From positions 1-64,000 of the IMG/VR virus record IMGVR_UViG_3300028571_000830: DNA of 64,000 nucleotides; one strand, given 5' to 3'. The DNA comes from a virus. Of the stretch, positions 1 to 9,159 are shown piece after piece (the first letter of the stretch is position 1; every line of letters begins with the position of its first letter). The notes under the pieces were generated by a model. The model made no database searches and was not told where the DNA came from. It worked only from the letters and a program-made list of their open reading frames with translations. Both the position numbers and the translations under genes were made by a program.

Positions 1-1
1 C

Positions 2-952
2 GAAATAGGATTAAGACCTTTTCAATTCTGTAATCTGTGTGATGTAAACGTGAGTGATATAACAGACCAAGAAGATCTTAATGATAGAGTGGCTATAGCA
101 TCATTCTTTGGCACATTACAGGCAGGATTTTATGATTTCCATTACTTACGTCCTATTTGGTCTAAAACTACGCAGAAGGATGCATTACTAGGTATAGGGA
201 TGACAGGTATTGGATCTGGAGAAATACTTAAATATGACTTAACAATTGCTGCTAATACAGCAAAGGTGGTGAATAGTATGATTTCTGAAAAGATTGGTAC
301 TAATGAAGCTGCTAGACTTACATGTGTTAAACCTTCAGGTACAACTAGTCTTGTATTAGGTACAGCATCAGGTATACATGCATGGCATAATGACTATTAT
401 CTCAGAACTATGAGATTTAATAAATCTGAAGACATTGCTACATACATGATGATTAATCATCCAGAACTAGTTGAAGATGATTTGTTACGTCCTACAGATA
501 CAATATGTCTTAGAATTCCTGTTAAAGCACCAGAAGGATCTATATTCAGAACTGAAACAGCTATTGATACATTAGAACGTGTTAAGAAATTTTCTATAGA
601 ATGGATTAATGAAGGACACATCAATGGTGCTAATACACATAATGTTTCTGCTACAGTTTCTATTGATAAAAGTAGAATCTATGAGTTTAAATCATTTAAT
701 CTAGATGAATGGGAAATGGTAGGAGATTGGATGTGGGAGAATAGAGAATTCTACAATGGCCTATCTGTCCTTAACTATGATGGAGGAAGTTATGTACAAG
801 CTCCTTTCGAAGACATATCTGAAGAAGAATACAAGATTCGTGTTTCTCATTTAAAATCTGTAGATTTGACAAATGTTATTGAGATGGATGACACTGTAGA
901 TTTTGGTGCTATTCAAGCATGTGGTGGTGGAGCTTGTGAAGTAAATATTTAA
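2..952 (+). CDS. nrdJ: Class II (B12-dependent) ribonucleotide reductase, C-terminal part (gene begins left of the window)
   Basis: Frame is open from position 2 (EIGLRPFQFCNLCDV). Contains TCVKPSGTTSL and a C-terminal redox Cys pair ACGGGACEV typical of monomeric RTPR-like RNRs. Confidence 0.9.
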   Translation, partial: EIGLRPFQFCNLCDVNVSDITDQEDLNDRVAIASFFGTLQAGFYDFHYLRPIWSKTTQKDALLGIGMTGIGSGEILKYDLTIAANTAKVVNSMISEKIGTNEAARLTCVKPSGTTSLVLGTASGIHAWHNDYYLRTMRFNKSEDIATYMMINHPELVEDDLLRPTDTICLRIPVKAPEGSIFRTETAIDTLERVKKFSIEWINEGHINGANTHNVSATVSIDKSRIYEFKSFNLDEWEMVGDWMWENREFYNGLSVLNYDGGSYVQAPFEDISEEEYKIRVSHLKSVDLTNVIEMDDTVDFGAIQACGGGACEVNI

Positions 953-992
953 TAAAAATAATAAATCGTTTTCCATTGTTGTTTTGTTTAAT

Positions 993-1026
993 ACCCCTAG
1001 GAGCTTGTCACTCCTAGGGTTTTTTT
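993..1026 (+). terminator. Rho-independent terminator after nrdJ
   Basis: CCCTAGGAG-cttgtca-CTCCTAGGG perfect 9-bp stem followed by T7. Confidence 0.85.
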
Positions 1027-1089
1027 ATGCAATTACAACAAATAATTAACAAAAATTTCGTAAATTTATATTCTAAAAACAACTAAATA

Positions 1090-3030
1090 ATGGCAAAAAA
1101 ACAAAAAGAAAATGGTGTTGCTACTACTAACAAATTTCAAGAAGCACTAGACAGGTTAAACAAAACTTATGGTGTAGGATCAATTCTAGAACTAGATAGT
1201 AAGAGAAGTGATAATTATGACATCATTAGTACAGGATCAATTGGATTTGATCACATCACTCTTGGTGTAGGAGGTTTTGTAAAAGGTAAAATGTATGAAC
1301 TACGAGGTTGGGAGGGATGCCTTGCAGAAGACACTTATATTAAGTTTATTAATGTAAGACCTGATGGAATTGTACAAGACTGCAAAGGAGCATCTATTAA
1401 AAATCTTTATGAGAGATTTCATAATAGAACTGATTCAACAAAAGATACGACATTTAATGTAACATCAATTAATGAAGAAAATAAAATCTTTAGAAATGAA
1501 ATTGCAGACGTTGTTAAATCTGGAGTAAAAGAGTGTTTTGAATTAACGACTTCTCATGGATTTAAAATTAAAGCAACTAAAGATCATAAGTTCTTTGTAG
1601 GTGATAGTTATGTAGCTCTTAGTGAATTAAAAGTGGGAGATGTAGTGTACATTCATAAAAATACCCCATATAAAAATGATGAAATTTCTGAAAGAAAAAA
1701 ATATGCAGAAACTACATTAAAATGGTATTATAAAGGGACCCCTAGAGAGATAAATGGTAGTATGTATTATAGAGAAAAAGTTCATAGGCTTATATTTGAA
1801 GCTAATATGAACAATATGTCTTATGAGCAATATACTAATTATTTAAATGGAAATTTACAAGCTAAGCCTGAAGATGGTTGGGATTTTTTGACAATTCCTG
1901 AAGGATATGATGTGCATCACATTAATGAAAATACTAGTAATAATGATATAGAAAATTTACAATTATATAGTAAATCTGAACATGCAAAATTTCATGCTTT
2001 AGATAGACACAATAATCTTAGATTCGTTGTTACAGAAGATACAATAGTTAGTATTACATTAGTAGGAGAAATGGAAACATATGACATTAAATGTTATTTT
2101 CCTTATAATAACTTTATTGCTAATGGAATAGTAGTTCACAACTCAGGGAAATCTACTATATGTGGACATGCTGTAGCTGAGTGTCAAAAGCAAGGAGGTA
2201 AAGTGTTGTATATTGATGGCGAGTATGCTGTTGATAAAAAATACTTCCAACAATTAGGTGTTGACACAACTAAAATGTTAATAGCTCAACCATCATGTGG
2301 TGAAGAAGGTTTTAACATTGCTATGGAAATGATTAACACAGGAGAAATAGATCTTGTTGTTATTGATTCTGATAGTTCATTAATTCCTAAGAAGATGCTT
2401 GATGGTGAGGTGGGAGATTCTACAATAGGTAGAAAAGCTTTATTAAATAGTAATGCTTATCCAAAACTAAAAGGTGCTCTATCACAACATAATGTTTGTG
2501 TTATAGTTATCAGTCAGTATCGTGAGAAGATTGGTGTTATGTTTGGTAATCCTACAACAACTCAAGGAGGACATGCTCTTAAGTTTTATAGTGATTGTAT
2601 TATAGAACTAACTAAAACAGGAGCAAAAGATGGTGATTTTCAATATGGTAATGTTACTAAAGTGAAATCTATTAAGAATAAAATGTTTCCTCCATATAGA
2701 AAATCAGAATTTGAGATTGTATATGGTGTAGGTATTGATAAGTTTAAAGAAATCATGGAGCTTGGTAATGAGTATAACATTTTACGTAAGTATGGTAAAA
2801 CTATCACTTATTCTGATGTTAAATATCAAGCAGACGAATTTGAAGAATTACTATCTGATAATCCTGAGTTCTTAGATTCTATAACTAATGACATTATAGC
2901 TAAGATTAAGCTTATAGATGCTCCAGAAGTGATAGAAATAGAAGAAGAAGAAGAAACAACTATTGTTACCACTGCAACATTTTCTTATAGTAACCAATTA
3001 TCACAACAAGAATTAACTGAAGAATTATGA
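1090..3030 (+). CDS. recA: RecA-family recombinase (about 371 aa extein) interrupted by an intein
   Basis: ISTGSIGFD, P-loop GWEG/SGKST split by the intein, YIDGEYAVD, Walker B LVVIDS, QYREKIGVMFGNPTTTQGGHALKFY, KNKMFPPYR. Confidence 0.95.
   Translation: MAKKQKENGVATTNKFQEALDRLNKTYGVGSILELDSKRSDNYDIISTGSIGFDHITLGVGGFVKGKMYELRGWEGCLAEDTYIKFINVRPDGIVQDCKGASIKNLYERFHNRTDSTKDTTFNVTSINEENKIFRNEIADVVKSGVKECFELTTSHGFKIKATKDHKFFVGDSYVALSELKVGDVVYIHKNTPYKNDEISERKKYAETTLKWYYKGTPREINGSMYYREKVHRLIFEANMNNMSYEQYTNYLNGNLQAKPEDGWDFLTIPEGYDVHHINENTSNNDIENLQLYSKSEHAKFHALDRHNNLRFVVTEDTIVSITLVGEMETYDIKCYFPYNNFIANGIVVHNSGKSTICGHAVAECQKQGGKVLYIDGEYAVDKKYFQQLGVDTTKMLIAQPSCGEEGFNIAMEMINTGEIDLVVIDSDSSLIPKKMLDGEVGDSTIGRKALLNSNAYPKLKGALSQHNVCVIVISQYREKIGVMFGNPTTTQGGHALKFYSDCIIELTKTGAKDGDFQYGNVTKVKSIKNKMFPPYRKSEFEIVYGVGIDKFKEIMELGNEYNILRKYGKTITYSDVKYQADEFEELLSDNPEFLDSITNDIIAKIKLIDAPEVIEIEEEEETTIVTTATFSYSNQLSQQELTEEL
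1318..2142 (+). mobile_element. Intein (275 aa) with HNH-type homing endonuclease, inserted in the RecA Walker A motif
   Basis: Begins C-LAEDT (block A), has block B ATKDHKF, ends TYDI...NFIANGIVVHN followed by Ser +1. Internal KVHRLI...DVHHINENTSNNDIENLQL..KSEHAKFH is an HNH motif. Confidence 0.93.
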
Positions 3031-3491
3031 AAATAAAATTTAAGAAAAAAGATGAGCAAAGTAAGTTACCCATAAAGGGTAGCTTACAAGCTGCTGCAAA
3101 TGATGCCTATGCACACACTATTATTACAAGAGAAGATGGTAAAGTTGTTGTAGGTCTTGGGTTCTCTACAGAAATACCTAGAGGTTTTAAAGGAATCATT
3201 GTACCACGTAGTAACTTAACTAAGTATAACTGGGTACTTAATAATTCTTTTGGAGTTATTGATTCTGATTATAGAGGAGAGTGGATGGCTGTATTCACTC
3301 CTATATTATCCTCACCTACTAGTGAAGGAGTATTGGAAAAAGTTTACAATTCAAACTTTCCTTATAATGTAGGAGATAGAGTTTGTCAGATATTCTTTGA
3401 TATAGTATTAGATGTAGAAATTGAAGAAGTAGATGAATTATCTAATACAGAAAGAGGAGTAGGAGGATTTGGTAGTACAGGAATACGATAA
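3027..3491 (+). CDS. dut: Trimeric dUTPase
   Basis: PRS, GVIDSDYRGE, GDRVCQ and ERGVGGFGSTG motifs. Confidence 0.93.
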   Translation: MKIKFKKKDEQSKLPIKGSLQAAANDAYAHTIITREDGKVVVGLGFSTEIPRGFKGIIVPRSNLTKYNWVLNNSFGVIDSDYRGEWMAVFTPILSSPTSEGVLEKVYNSNFPYNVGDRVCQIFFDIVLDVEIEEVDELSNTERGVGGFGSTGIR

Positions 3492-3889
3492 TGTTACCTA
3501 CTAAACTATGTAAAGTAGAAGGATGTAAAATGAAAGCTTGGTCTGGGGGTGTGTGTAAAAATCACACTCCCAAAAAAGCTATTCCATCTACACCAAAACT
3601 TGTCAATAATAGTGATGAGATACTAAAGATGCAAGAGTTCTTTCTATCTATATGGAAGAAAAGACCTCATAAATCTGAAATTAGTGGAATTTATTTAGGT
3701 AAAGAACCCATGAGTACTTATTTCCATCATATTCTTCCAAAAGAAAAATATCCAGAAGCTTGCTTTGATGAAGAAAATATAGTAGTTTTGTCTCTTAATG
3801 AACATTCGAATGTAGAAAACGATATGTATAAATATCCAGAAATAAACAATAGGCGTGAGGTTTTAAAAGTAAAATATACAATTAATTAA
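3491..3889 (+). CDS. Small HNH-like nuclease (NinG/recombination-type) with Cys-rich N-terminus
   Basis: SEISG...FHHILPKEKYP...ENIVVLSLNEH pattern; N-terminal CKVEGC...CKNH. Confidence 0.6.
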   Translation: MLPTKLCKVEGCKMKAWSGGVCKNHTPKKAIPSTPKLVNNSDEILKMQEFFLSIWKKRPHKSEISGIYLGKEPMSTYFHHILPKEKYPEACFDEENIVVLSLNEHSNVENDMYKYPEINNRREVLKVKYTIN

Positions 3890-3892
3890 ATT

Positions 3893-4258
3893 ATGAATAA
3901 AAGAACCCTAATTAGAATTACAATTATTTGTGCTTTATTAACACAAATAAATCATGCTGCACATGTATTTTACATCTTATCACCTCCTAGCACCTACTCA
4001 TTAATAATGAGTTGGGTGTTTGCTGTAAGTTTAGAAGCAAGTGTATACTTGTTTACAATGTATGGTAGAAAAAATACAGCAATCTTTTTTGGTATAGTTT
4101 CGTGGAGCCTTAACATCTTATATTATTGGTTTGGTGTAGGATTTACACAAGAGTTTGTAGCTATGAATATAATAAGTCCAATTATTCCTATAACAATATA
4201 TTTTTATTCTGAATTAATCCAAAGAGAAAAAAGAACATATAAATCAAAAATACAATGA
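3893..4258 (+). CDS. Hypothetical membrane protein (about 4 TM helices)
   Basis: Four hydrophobic stretches; translationally coupled within the operon. Confidence 0.7.
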   Translation: MNKRTLIRITIICALLTQINHAAHVFYILSPPSTYSLIMSWVFAVSLEASVYLFTMYGRKNTAIFFGIVSWSLNILYYWFGVGFTQEFVAMNIISPIIPITIYFYSELIQREKRTYKSKIQ

Positions 4259-4545
4259 AAAATCAATTTGTTTACACAAGAATGCTGGAGGATGAATCTA
4301 GCAATAAAACTATCTATGTAAAAGATAGTTTTAATATTGAAAAGGTGGTACGTACAATCACTATGGATGATGGACGTACACTAGTGTTACTTGATGACTT
4401 ACATGAAAGAGTACAAGAAGTTCCAGATGTAAATCCTAAGACAGGAAAGATGACAGGAATGAAGAGAGAACGTAATACATTCCAAAGTGAGATATATCTT
4501 ACTAAGGAAGATGGTGAAAGATTTTTATTAATTACAGAACTATAA
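4255..4545 (+). CDS. Hypothetical protein
   Basis: ATGA/TAATG overlaps with both neighbours. Confidence 0.7.
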   Translation: MKNQFVYTRMLEDESSNKTIYVKDSFNIEKVVRTITMDDGRTLVLLDDLHERVQEVPDVNPKTGKMTGMKRERNTFQSEIYLTKEDGERFLLITEL

Positions 4546-4835
4546 TGGAAAAAGGATTTAAAACATTGAAGGGTGTCAGAGTGATGCTTTCAATTCCAAA
4601 GAAAGAAGAATCAATTATTCAACTAGATCCAAAAACAAAAAAGGAGATGGATAAAGAATTTGTAGAGAGTTTTAAAAGTCTTGAAGTTTATGCTGTAGGT
4701 GATGCTGTTGACTTTGTCAATGAAGGAGATAAGGTGTATGTTCCTACAGAAGATCTGCAAAAAAGTATACTTGTTACTGTTAATGGTGAGCAAAAACTTA
4801 TTATTAACTCTTTTAGTATAGCAATTATCTGGTAA
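4545..4835 (+). CDS. GroES-like co-chaperonin
   Basis: 96 aa; LKGVRVML...SIIQL...EVYAVGDAVDFVNEGDKVYV...IAII matches the Cpn10 layout. Confidence 0.65.
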   Translation: MEKGFKTLKGVRVMLSIPKKEESIIQLDPKTKKEMDKEFVESFKSLEVYAVGDAVDFVNEGDKVYVPTEDLQKSILVTVNGEQKLIINSFSIAIIW

Positions 4836-5590
4836 TGAATTATCCTTTCATATCTGCAAAATGCATCACTTATGGAAGAGTGTCTACGTTGGAGGAATCT
4901 ATTTATAGTTTTCTCCAACAAGACTATCCTGGTGAAAAGGAATTGATCATAGTTAATGATTACCCTCTACAGAAATTGATATTTGATCATCCAGAGATTA
5001 AAATAATCAATCTAGATGAAACATTTGATACAATTGGAGATAAAGAAAATTATGCTATTGAATTATGTAAAGGAGAATTAATTGCTGTATGGGATGATGA
5101 TGATGTTGCCTTACCAAATCATTTAAGTAACATAGCTAAATACTGGAAAGAAGATACTAATTTATTACATTGGCAAAGAGGGGTGTATTACAATGCTCCT
5201 AATATTACAGACATTGTATCTATTGGAAACTCAGGAATAGTATATAGCAAGAAAGCTTGGGAGGCTATTGGTAAAAGTCCTATTGAAAATGCAGGAGGAG
5301 ATATGTCTTTAGTAATAAGAATACATAATCTTGGAAGAGAACAAGTTGTTCTTGCATCTCCTCCAGATGATGAAGTGAGTTGGTTTTATAGATGGGGAGG
5401 AATAGATGTGTATCATCAATCAGGACAAGGACATGATGTTCCAGGAACAGCTAATGCTATTCAAAGACATTCTCTATTTATTGAACAGAAAAGACAAAGA
5501 GGACAAATACCAACAGGAGATGTTGTATTAAATCCTAATTGGAAATATGATTATGTACAAATGTTAAAATCGTTCAATGAAAATAAATAA
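4835..5590 (+). CDS. Glycosyltransferase family 2 (GT-A)
   Basis: ITYGR, SFLQQDY, ELIIVND, GDKEN, IAVWDDDDVALP. Confidence 0.85.
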   Translation: MNYPFISAKCITYGRVSTLEESIYSFLQQDYPGEKELIIVNDYPLQKLIFDHPEIKIINLDETFDTIGDKENYAIELCKGELIAVWDDDDVALPNHLSNIAKYWKEDTNLLHWQRGVYYNAPNITDIVSIGNSGIVYSKKAWEAIGKSPIENAGGDMSLVIRIHNLGREQVVLASPPDDEVSWFYRWGGIDVYHQSGQGHDVPGTANAIQRHSLFIEQKRQRGQIPTGDVVLNPNWKYDYVQMLKSFNENK

Positions 5591-6218
5591 GCTAATAATT
5601 GATTCTACATATTCTGAAACAGAATTGTGTGATTTAGGAGCATTTTATGGAACAGATAAATCTCCTTACAATACTGATGTAAACTTACATAAACATTCAT
5701 ATACAGCTATATATGATTTTCTCTTTGCTTCTTGGAAATATATTCCATTAACATTAGCAGAAATTGGTATTTTAAAGAACAAATCTATGTCATGTTGGAG
5801 ACAATATTTTCCTAAAGCATATCTGTATGGCTTTGAGTTTTTTGAAAGTGAAATACAAAATGCTAAATTAGATAAATTAAGTGATACAGAATACCACTTT
5901 ATGGATATTAAAAGTGAGCATAGTATTAATAAATCTCTTAAAGGTGCAATGAGAATGTACGATATTGTTATAGAAGACAGTACACATGTATTTGAGGATC
6001 AGATAAGATTTATTAATTGTATACATAAATACATGTATCCAGGAGCTGTATTAGTTGTCGAAGATATTTTTAAAAATGCTGATGAAAATCTTTATATAAA
6101 AGAACTATCTCATCTCACTGATGAATTTCACTCTGTTACATTTATAGAAGCTAATCATATTAATAACTTCTCTCCTGGTTGGGATAATGATAAGTTATTA
6201 GTTTTATTTAAAAAATAA
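5577..6218 (+). CDS. SAM-dependent methyltransferase (sugar O-methyltransferase-like)
   Basis: YGTDK, HSYTAIY, LAEIGI, WRQYFP, YDIVIEDSTH, PGAVLVVEDI. Confidence 0.8.
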   Translation: MKINKLIIDSTYSETELCDLGAFYGTDKSPYNTDVNLHKHSYTAIYDFLFASWKYIPLTLAEIGILKNKSMSCWRQYFPKAYLYGFEFFESEIQNAKLDKLSDTEYHFMDIKSEHSINKSLKGAMRMYDIVIEDSTHVFEDQIRFINCIHKYMYPGAVLVVEDIFKNADENLYIKELSHLTDEFHSVTFIEANHINNFSPGWDNDKLLVLFKK

Positions 6219-6222
6219 AAAC

Positions 6223-6759
6223 ATGCTCATAAATATTATCACTCCTTGCTCAAGACCAGAAAATTTACATCTAATTGCTAAGAGTATCAATCTACCTAGT
6301 TATGCTTATAGATGGATTGTTGTTTTTGATGCAGATGAAATTCCTGATAACATTCCTGATACATGTGAACCTTATGCTGTAAAAGTGGAAGGTAGTGTGT
6401 TTGGAAACGGACAAAGAAACTTTGCTATAGATCTTATTGAAGATGGTTATTTATATTTCAATGATGATGATACAGAAATGTCTGATAGATTTTGGGAGAA
6501 TGTCAAAGACCTAGATGAAGATTTTATATCATTTGGTCAAATAAACAAAAATGGAACTATAAGACTAGAAGGTAAAATTATTGCTGTAGGATATATAGAT
6601 AGTCATAACTTTCTTGTAAAGAGAGAATGTGTAGGAGATATTAGATGGTCATTATCTAGATATGATGCTGATGGTGTGTTTGCTCATGAGTGTTATAAAA
6701 AAGCAAAGACAAAGAAATACATTCCTAAAACTCTCTCTACATATAATTCTTTAAAATAA
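6223..6759 (+). CDS. Glycosyltransferase family 2-like
   Basis: IITPCSRPENL, WIVVFD, GNGQRN, LYFNDDD, YDADG. Confidence 0.8.
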   Translation: MLINIITPCSRPENLHLIAKSINLPSYAYRWIVVFDADEIPDNIPDTCEPYAVKVEGSVFGNGQRNFAIDLIEDGYLYFNDDDTEMSDRFWENVKDLDEDFISFGQINKNGTIRLEGKIIAVGYIDSHNFLVKRECVGDIRWSLSRYDADGVFAHECYKKAKTKKYIPKTLSTYNSLK

Positions 6760-6790
6760 GAAAAGCCCCAGTTAAGGGGCTTTCTTTCTT
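6760..6790. terminator. Bidirectional intrinsic terminator between convergent gene blocks
   Basis: AAAGCCCC-agttaa-GGGGCTTT flanked by A-rich and T-rich tracts, exactly where plus and minus operons meet. Confidence 0.85.
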
Positions 6791-6948
6791 TATTTACTAA
6801 GTCTTTTTTGTTTCATAGGCCATTGAGGACTTTTCAGTCTCAATTTTGTATCAGCCTCCTTCATATAATTACCATTGATTGGATTAGGAGGTGCCACTTT
6901 AGGAGCTTTTCTTGGCTTACCAGATTTCTTAGCTTTACCAGCTGTCAT
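6790..6948 (-). CDS. Small Lys-rich protein (52 aa, MTAGKAKKSG...)
   Basis: ATG at 6948 directly after the stop of the upstream gene; basic composition. Confidence 0.6.
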   Translation of the reverse strand: MTAGKAKKSGKPRKAPKVAPPNPINGNYMKEADTKLRLKSPQWPMKQKRLSK

Positions 6949-6949
6949 A

Positions 6950-7249
6950 TTACTTACAGCCATATTTGCACTTAGCCATTTTACCACCTTTTTTCATAGA
7001 AGGAACCATAGAAGCAGCAGATCCCCCATATTGCATTTTCTTCATAGCAGCACCATTTTTAGCTTTACCAGCATTTTTCTTAGCACCAGCAATTTTATCA
7101 GCAAATGTAGCTTTATCATAAGGAGGAGCAAGAGCAGCAAATGAACCACCAGATTTAGCTTTAGCCATTCCACCTTTTTTCATCATTGGAGTGGTGTTTG
7201 CCATTCCACCCATCTGCATTTTCTTAGCAGGTTTTTTGATTGCTTTCAT
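6950..7249 (-). CDS. Small Lys/Met/Gly-rich protein with repeated xxxGG motifs
   Basis: MQMGG, MKKGG, AKSGG, MQYGG, MKKGG repeats. Confidence 0.75.
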   Translation of the reverse strand: MKAIKKPAKKMQMGGMANTTPMMKKGGMAKAKSGGSFAALAPPYDKATFADKIAGAKKNAGKAKNGAAMKKMQYGGSAASMVPSMKKGGKMAKCKYGCK

Positions 7250-7260
7250 TATAATATTTT

Positions 7261-7404
7261 TTAATTAGATTTAGATTTTTTAACAGAATTATTAATTGCT
7301 TTGTTATTTTTAGGAGCATATTTACCTACACCATCTTGTCTATCTAAAAGATCAGCCATACGAGCATCTGCTTTAGCTTTAGCTTTAGTTTTACTCTTTG
7401 CCAT
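7261..7404 (-). CDS. Small basic protein (47 aa, MAKSKTKAKAKADARMADLLDRQDG...), missing from the ORF track
   Basis: Manual translation; TAATG overlap with the upstream gene at 7404. Confidence 0.6.
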   Translation of the reverse strand: MAKSKTKAKAKADARMADLLDRQDGVGKYAPKNNKAINNSVKKSKSN

Positions 7405-7709
7405 TACTTTTTAAGCTTACTTGTTAATCTATCTATTCTTTTATTAACTCTACTTTCTTTATTAGCAACTCTATTAGCAATTCTTTCAGACTTATTTTGT
7501 ATTCTACCTGCTATTCTTTTTCCTTTATTCATTAATCTTTCAACACCTTTTGGTGCAGAAGATAAAGAAGAACTTTTCTTAGGTGCACTTGAAGAAGCAA
7601 ATTTAACATTCTTTACTGCTGGAGTTTTAGCAACACCAGTAGTTTTTGTCACTCCTACAGTTTTAGCAGATAAACCTTCTGCAGGGTTAACCCTTGAAAA
7701 AGGAACCAT
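7404..7709 (-). CDS. Basic hypothetical protein
   Basis: K/R-rich coiled-coil C-terminus; its ATG lies at the end of an A9 run. Confidence 0.6.
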   Translation of the reverse strand: MVPFSRVNPAEGLSAKTVGVTKTTGVAKTPAVKNVKFASSSAPKKSSSLSSAPKGVERLMNKGKRIAGRIQNKSERIANRVANKESRVNKRIDRLTSKLKK

Positions 7710-7815
7710 TTTTTTTTAGTTTTTGTTTTTGTGTTTTCTTTAACACCATTGGTGAAAGAGGTTTACCTATTTCATCTCTTCTGTTGTAATCTGTAATTTT
7801 AGGTTTAATAGCCAT
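7687..7815 (-). CDS. Small basic ORF (42 aa, MAIKPKITDYNRRDEIG...), possibly the N-terminus of the 7404-7709 gene via frameshift
   Basis: Manual translation; A-rich leader; overlaps the next ORF across the A9 run. Confidence 0.45.
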   Translation of the reverse strand: MAIKPKITDYNRRDEIGKPLSPMVLKKTQKQKLKKNGSFFKG

Positions 7816-7835
7816 TTTATTTTAAATTTTAATTG

Positions 7836-8117
7836 TTAACAATTCCATTTACGTAAAGATTTATTAATTCTGCTATTTGGATCATTAGCTGTTTTAGCAG
7901 ATGTTAATTTCTTTTTCATACCTGACATTCTACTACAAAATGACTTACGTCTACTTGCAGCTTTACTACCAGGTTTAAGTTTAGAGGGTTTAGTAGTGAC
8001 AGCAGTCTTTAATTTACTACCAGGATTAGCTCTTCTATATGAAGCCACTCCCTTAGCGTTTAATCCTCCAGAAGGATTTTTACCTTCTTTTCTTTGCCAT
8101 GCTTCAGATTTAGCCAT
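7836..8117 (-). CDS. Conserved basic phage protein (MAKSEAWQRKEGKNPSGGLNAKG...RRKSFCSRM...WNC)
   Basis: Sequence type recurrent in uncultured phages; likely start at ATG 8117. Confidence 0.75.
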   Translation of the reverse strand: MAKSEAWQRKEGKNPSGGLNAKGVASYRRANPGSKLKTAVTTKPSKLKPGSKAASRRKSFCSRMSGMKKKLTSAKTANDPNSRINKSLRKWNC

Positions 8118-8736
8118 TCTCTTGTTTATTAATATTGTAATAAAATGAATCAGAGTTTTCACTCACCCATCTATCAGAGTGTGATTCTACAGATTCAAGC
8201 TTAGTATCCACCTTTATTTGTTTTACATCTAATGGAAAATCTTGTGTCACCCAATTACTATCCTTCCAATATATTCTATTGTTTGGTTGGCATAGTAAGT
8301 ATCCATCATCAGCAACTAGTATATGTCCACATTTATAATCTGTGGGTTCATCTGAATAGGGGTTGTTAAACCAATCAACAGTGAACATGTATGTAGCCCA
8401 TATTTTAGTTCCATCTTTAAGAACCACTTGACATCTCTTTTCATTGAGATATTCAAACTTTGTAACTGTAACATTTTCTGAGAAGCAATCCCAGAGTTGT
8501 TTATAATGTGAAGGAATATCTTCTAATGGTTTTTTAATAAAGATTTCACTAATAGGAACTCTACTTCTTAACATCCCATAAGATGTCATAATATGAAATG
8601 TGAGTATCTTTGCTGTTATTGATTGGATTCCAAAAGCATAAGCCTCGTGATATTCATCTTTGTGTTGATCATTTTTTGTTAAATGTTCAACTCTTACGTA
8701 ACACTTAAATGAATGTACACTTCTATTTAATATCAC
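8110..8736 (-). CDS. Conserved phage protein of unknown function
   Basis: QLWDCFS, YMFTVDW, KCGH, QPNNRI motifs; GTGA overlap with the upstream gene. Confidence 0.75.
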   Translation of the reverse strand: MILNRSVHSFKCYVRVEHLTKNDQHKDEYHEAYAFGIQSITAKILTFHIMTSYGMLRSRVPISEIFIKKPLEDIPSHYKQLWDCFSENVTVTKFEYLNEKRCQVVLKDGTKIWATYMFTVDWFNNPYSDEPTDYKCGHILVADDGYLLCQPNNRIYWKDSNWVTQDFPLDVKQIKVDTKLESVESHSDRWVSENSDSFYYNINKQENG

Positions 8737-9002
8737 TTTTTCTTAACGCAATTATTGACTGTTTTACCACCTTTTTTCTTAGTGCCTTTCTTAACATATC
8801 CTGTCCAGCACTTAATTTTACCACCATTCTTTAATGTGCTTCCTTTAAATGGGCCTTTCTTTTTAATAAGAGGACCATTAGGAACAGGTGTGATAGATCC
8901 TTTAATAGAAGTGAGGGTGTCACCATTTCTAAGAACACCTTTACCAACATAAGCTGTTGCTTTTTGTGGATTCCAAGGACCTGCTTTCTTAATATTTGCC
9001 AT
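8733..9002 (-). CDS. Small Lys-rich protein with C-terminal CWxGY...VNNCVK module
   Basis: LKNGG motif; KCWTGYVKKGTKKKGGKTVNNCVKKK. Confidence 0.7.
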   Translation of the reverse strand: MANIKKAGPWNPQKATAYVGKGVLRNGDTLTSIKGSITPVPNGPLIKKKGPFKGSTLKNGGKIKCWTGYVKKGTKKKGGKTVNNCVKKK

Positions 9003-9157
9003 TATTTAGCTTTTCTTTTAGCAGCCATAGCTTTAAATGTTTTAGCTAATGCTTTTCTTTTTGGTGTGCACGTAACCTTGGTCATAGGGGTGCAATATCC
9101 TTTATGTTTTGGATTTACAGCTTTCTGTATCCAATTTTTATCCTTAGCCTTTGGCAT
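9002..9157 (-). CDS. Small basic protein (51 aa, MPKAKDKNWIQKAVNPKHKGYCTPMTK...), missing from the ORF track
   Basis: Manual translation; TAATG overlap at 9002. Confidence 0.65.
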   Translation of the reverse strand: MPKAKDKNWIQKAVNPKHKGYCTPMTKVTCTPKRKALAKTFKAMAAKRKAK

Positions 9158-9159
9158 GA

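Noticed and set aside
2940-3030. Thr-containing acidic RecA C-terminal tail as another mucin tag
   Set aside because: Too short and mixed; acidic RecA tails are ordinary
3027-3491. Variant dUTPase motifs (AAAND, PRSN)
   Set aside because: Core motifs III-V are intact; within normal phage variation
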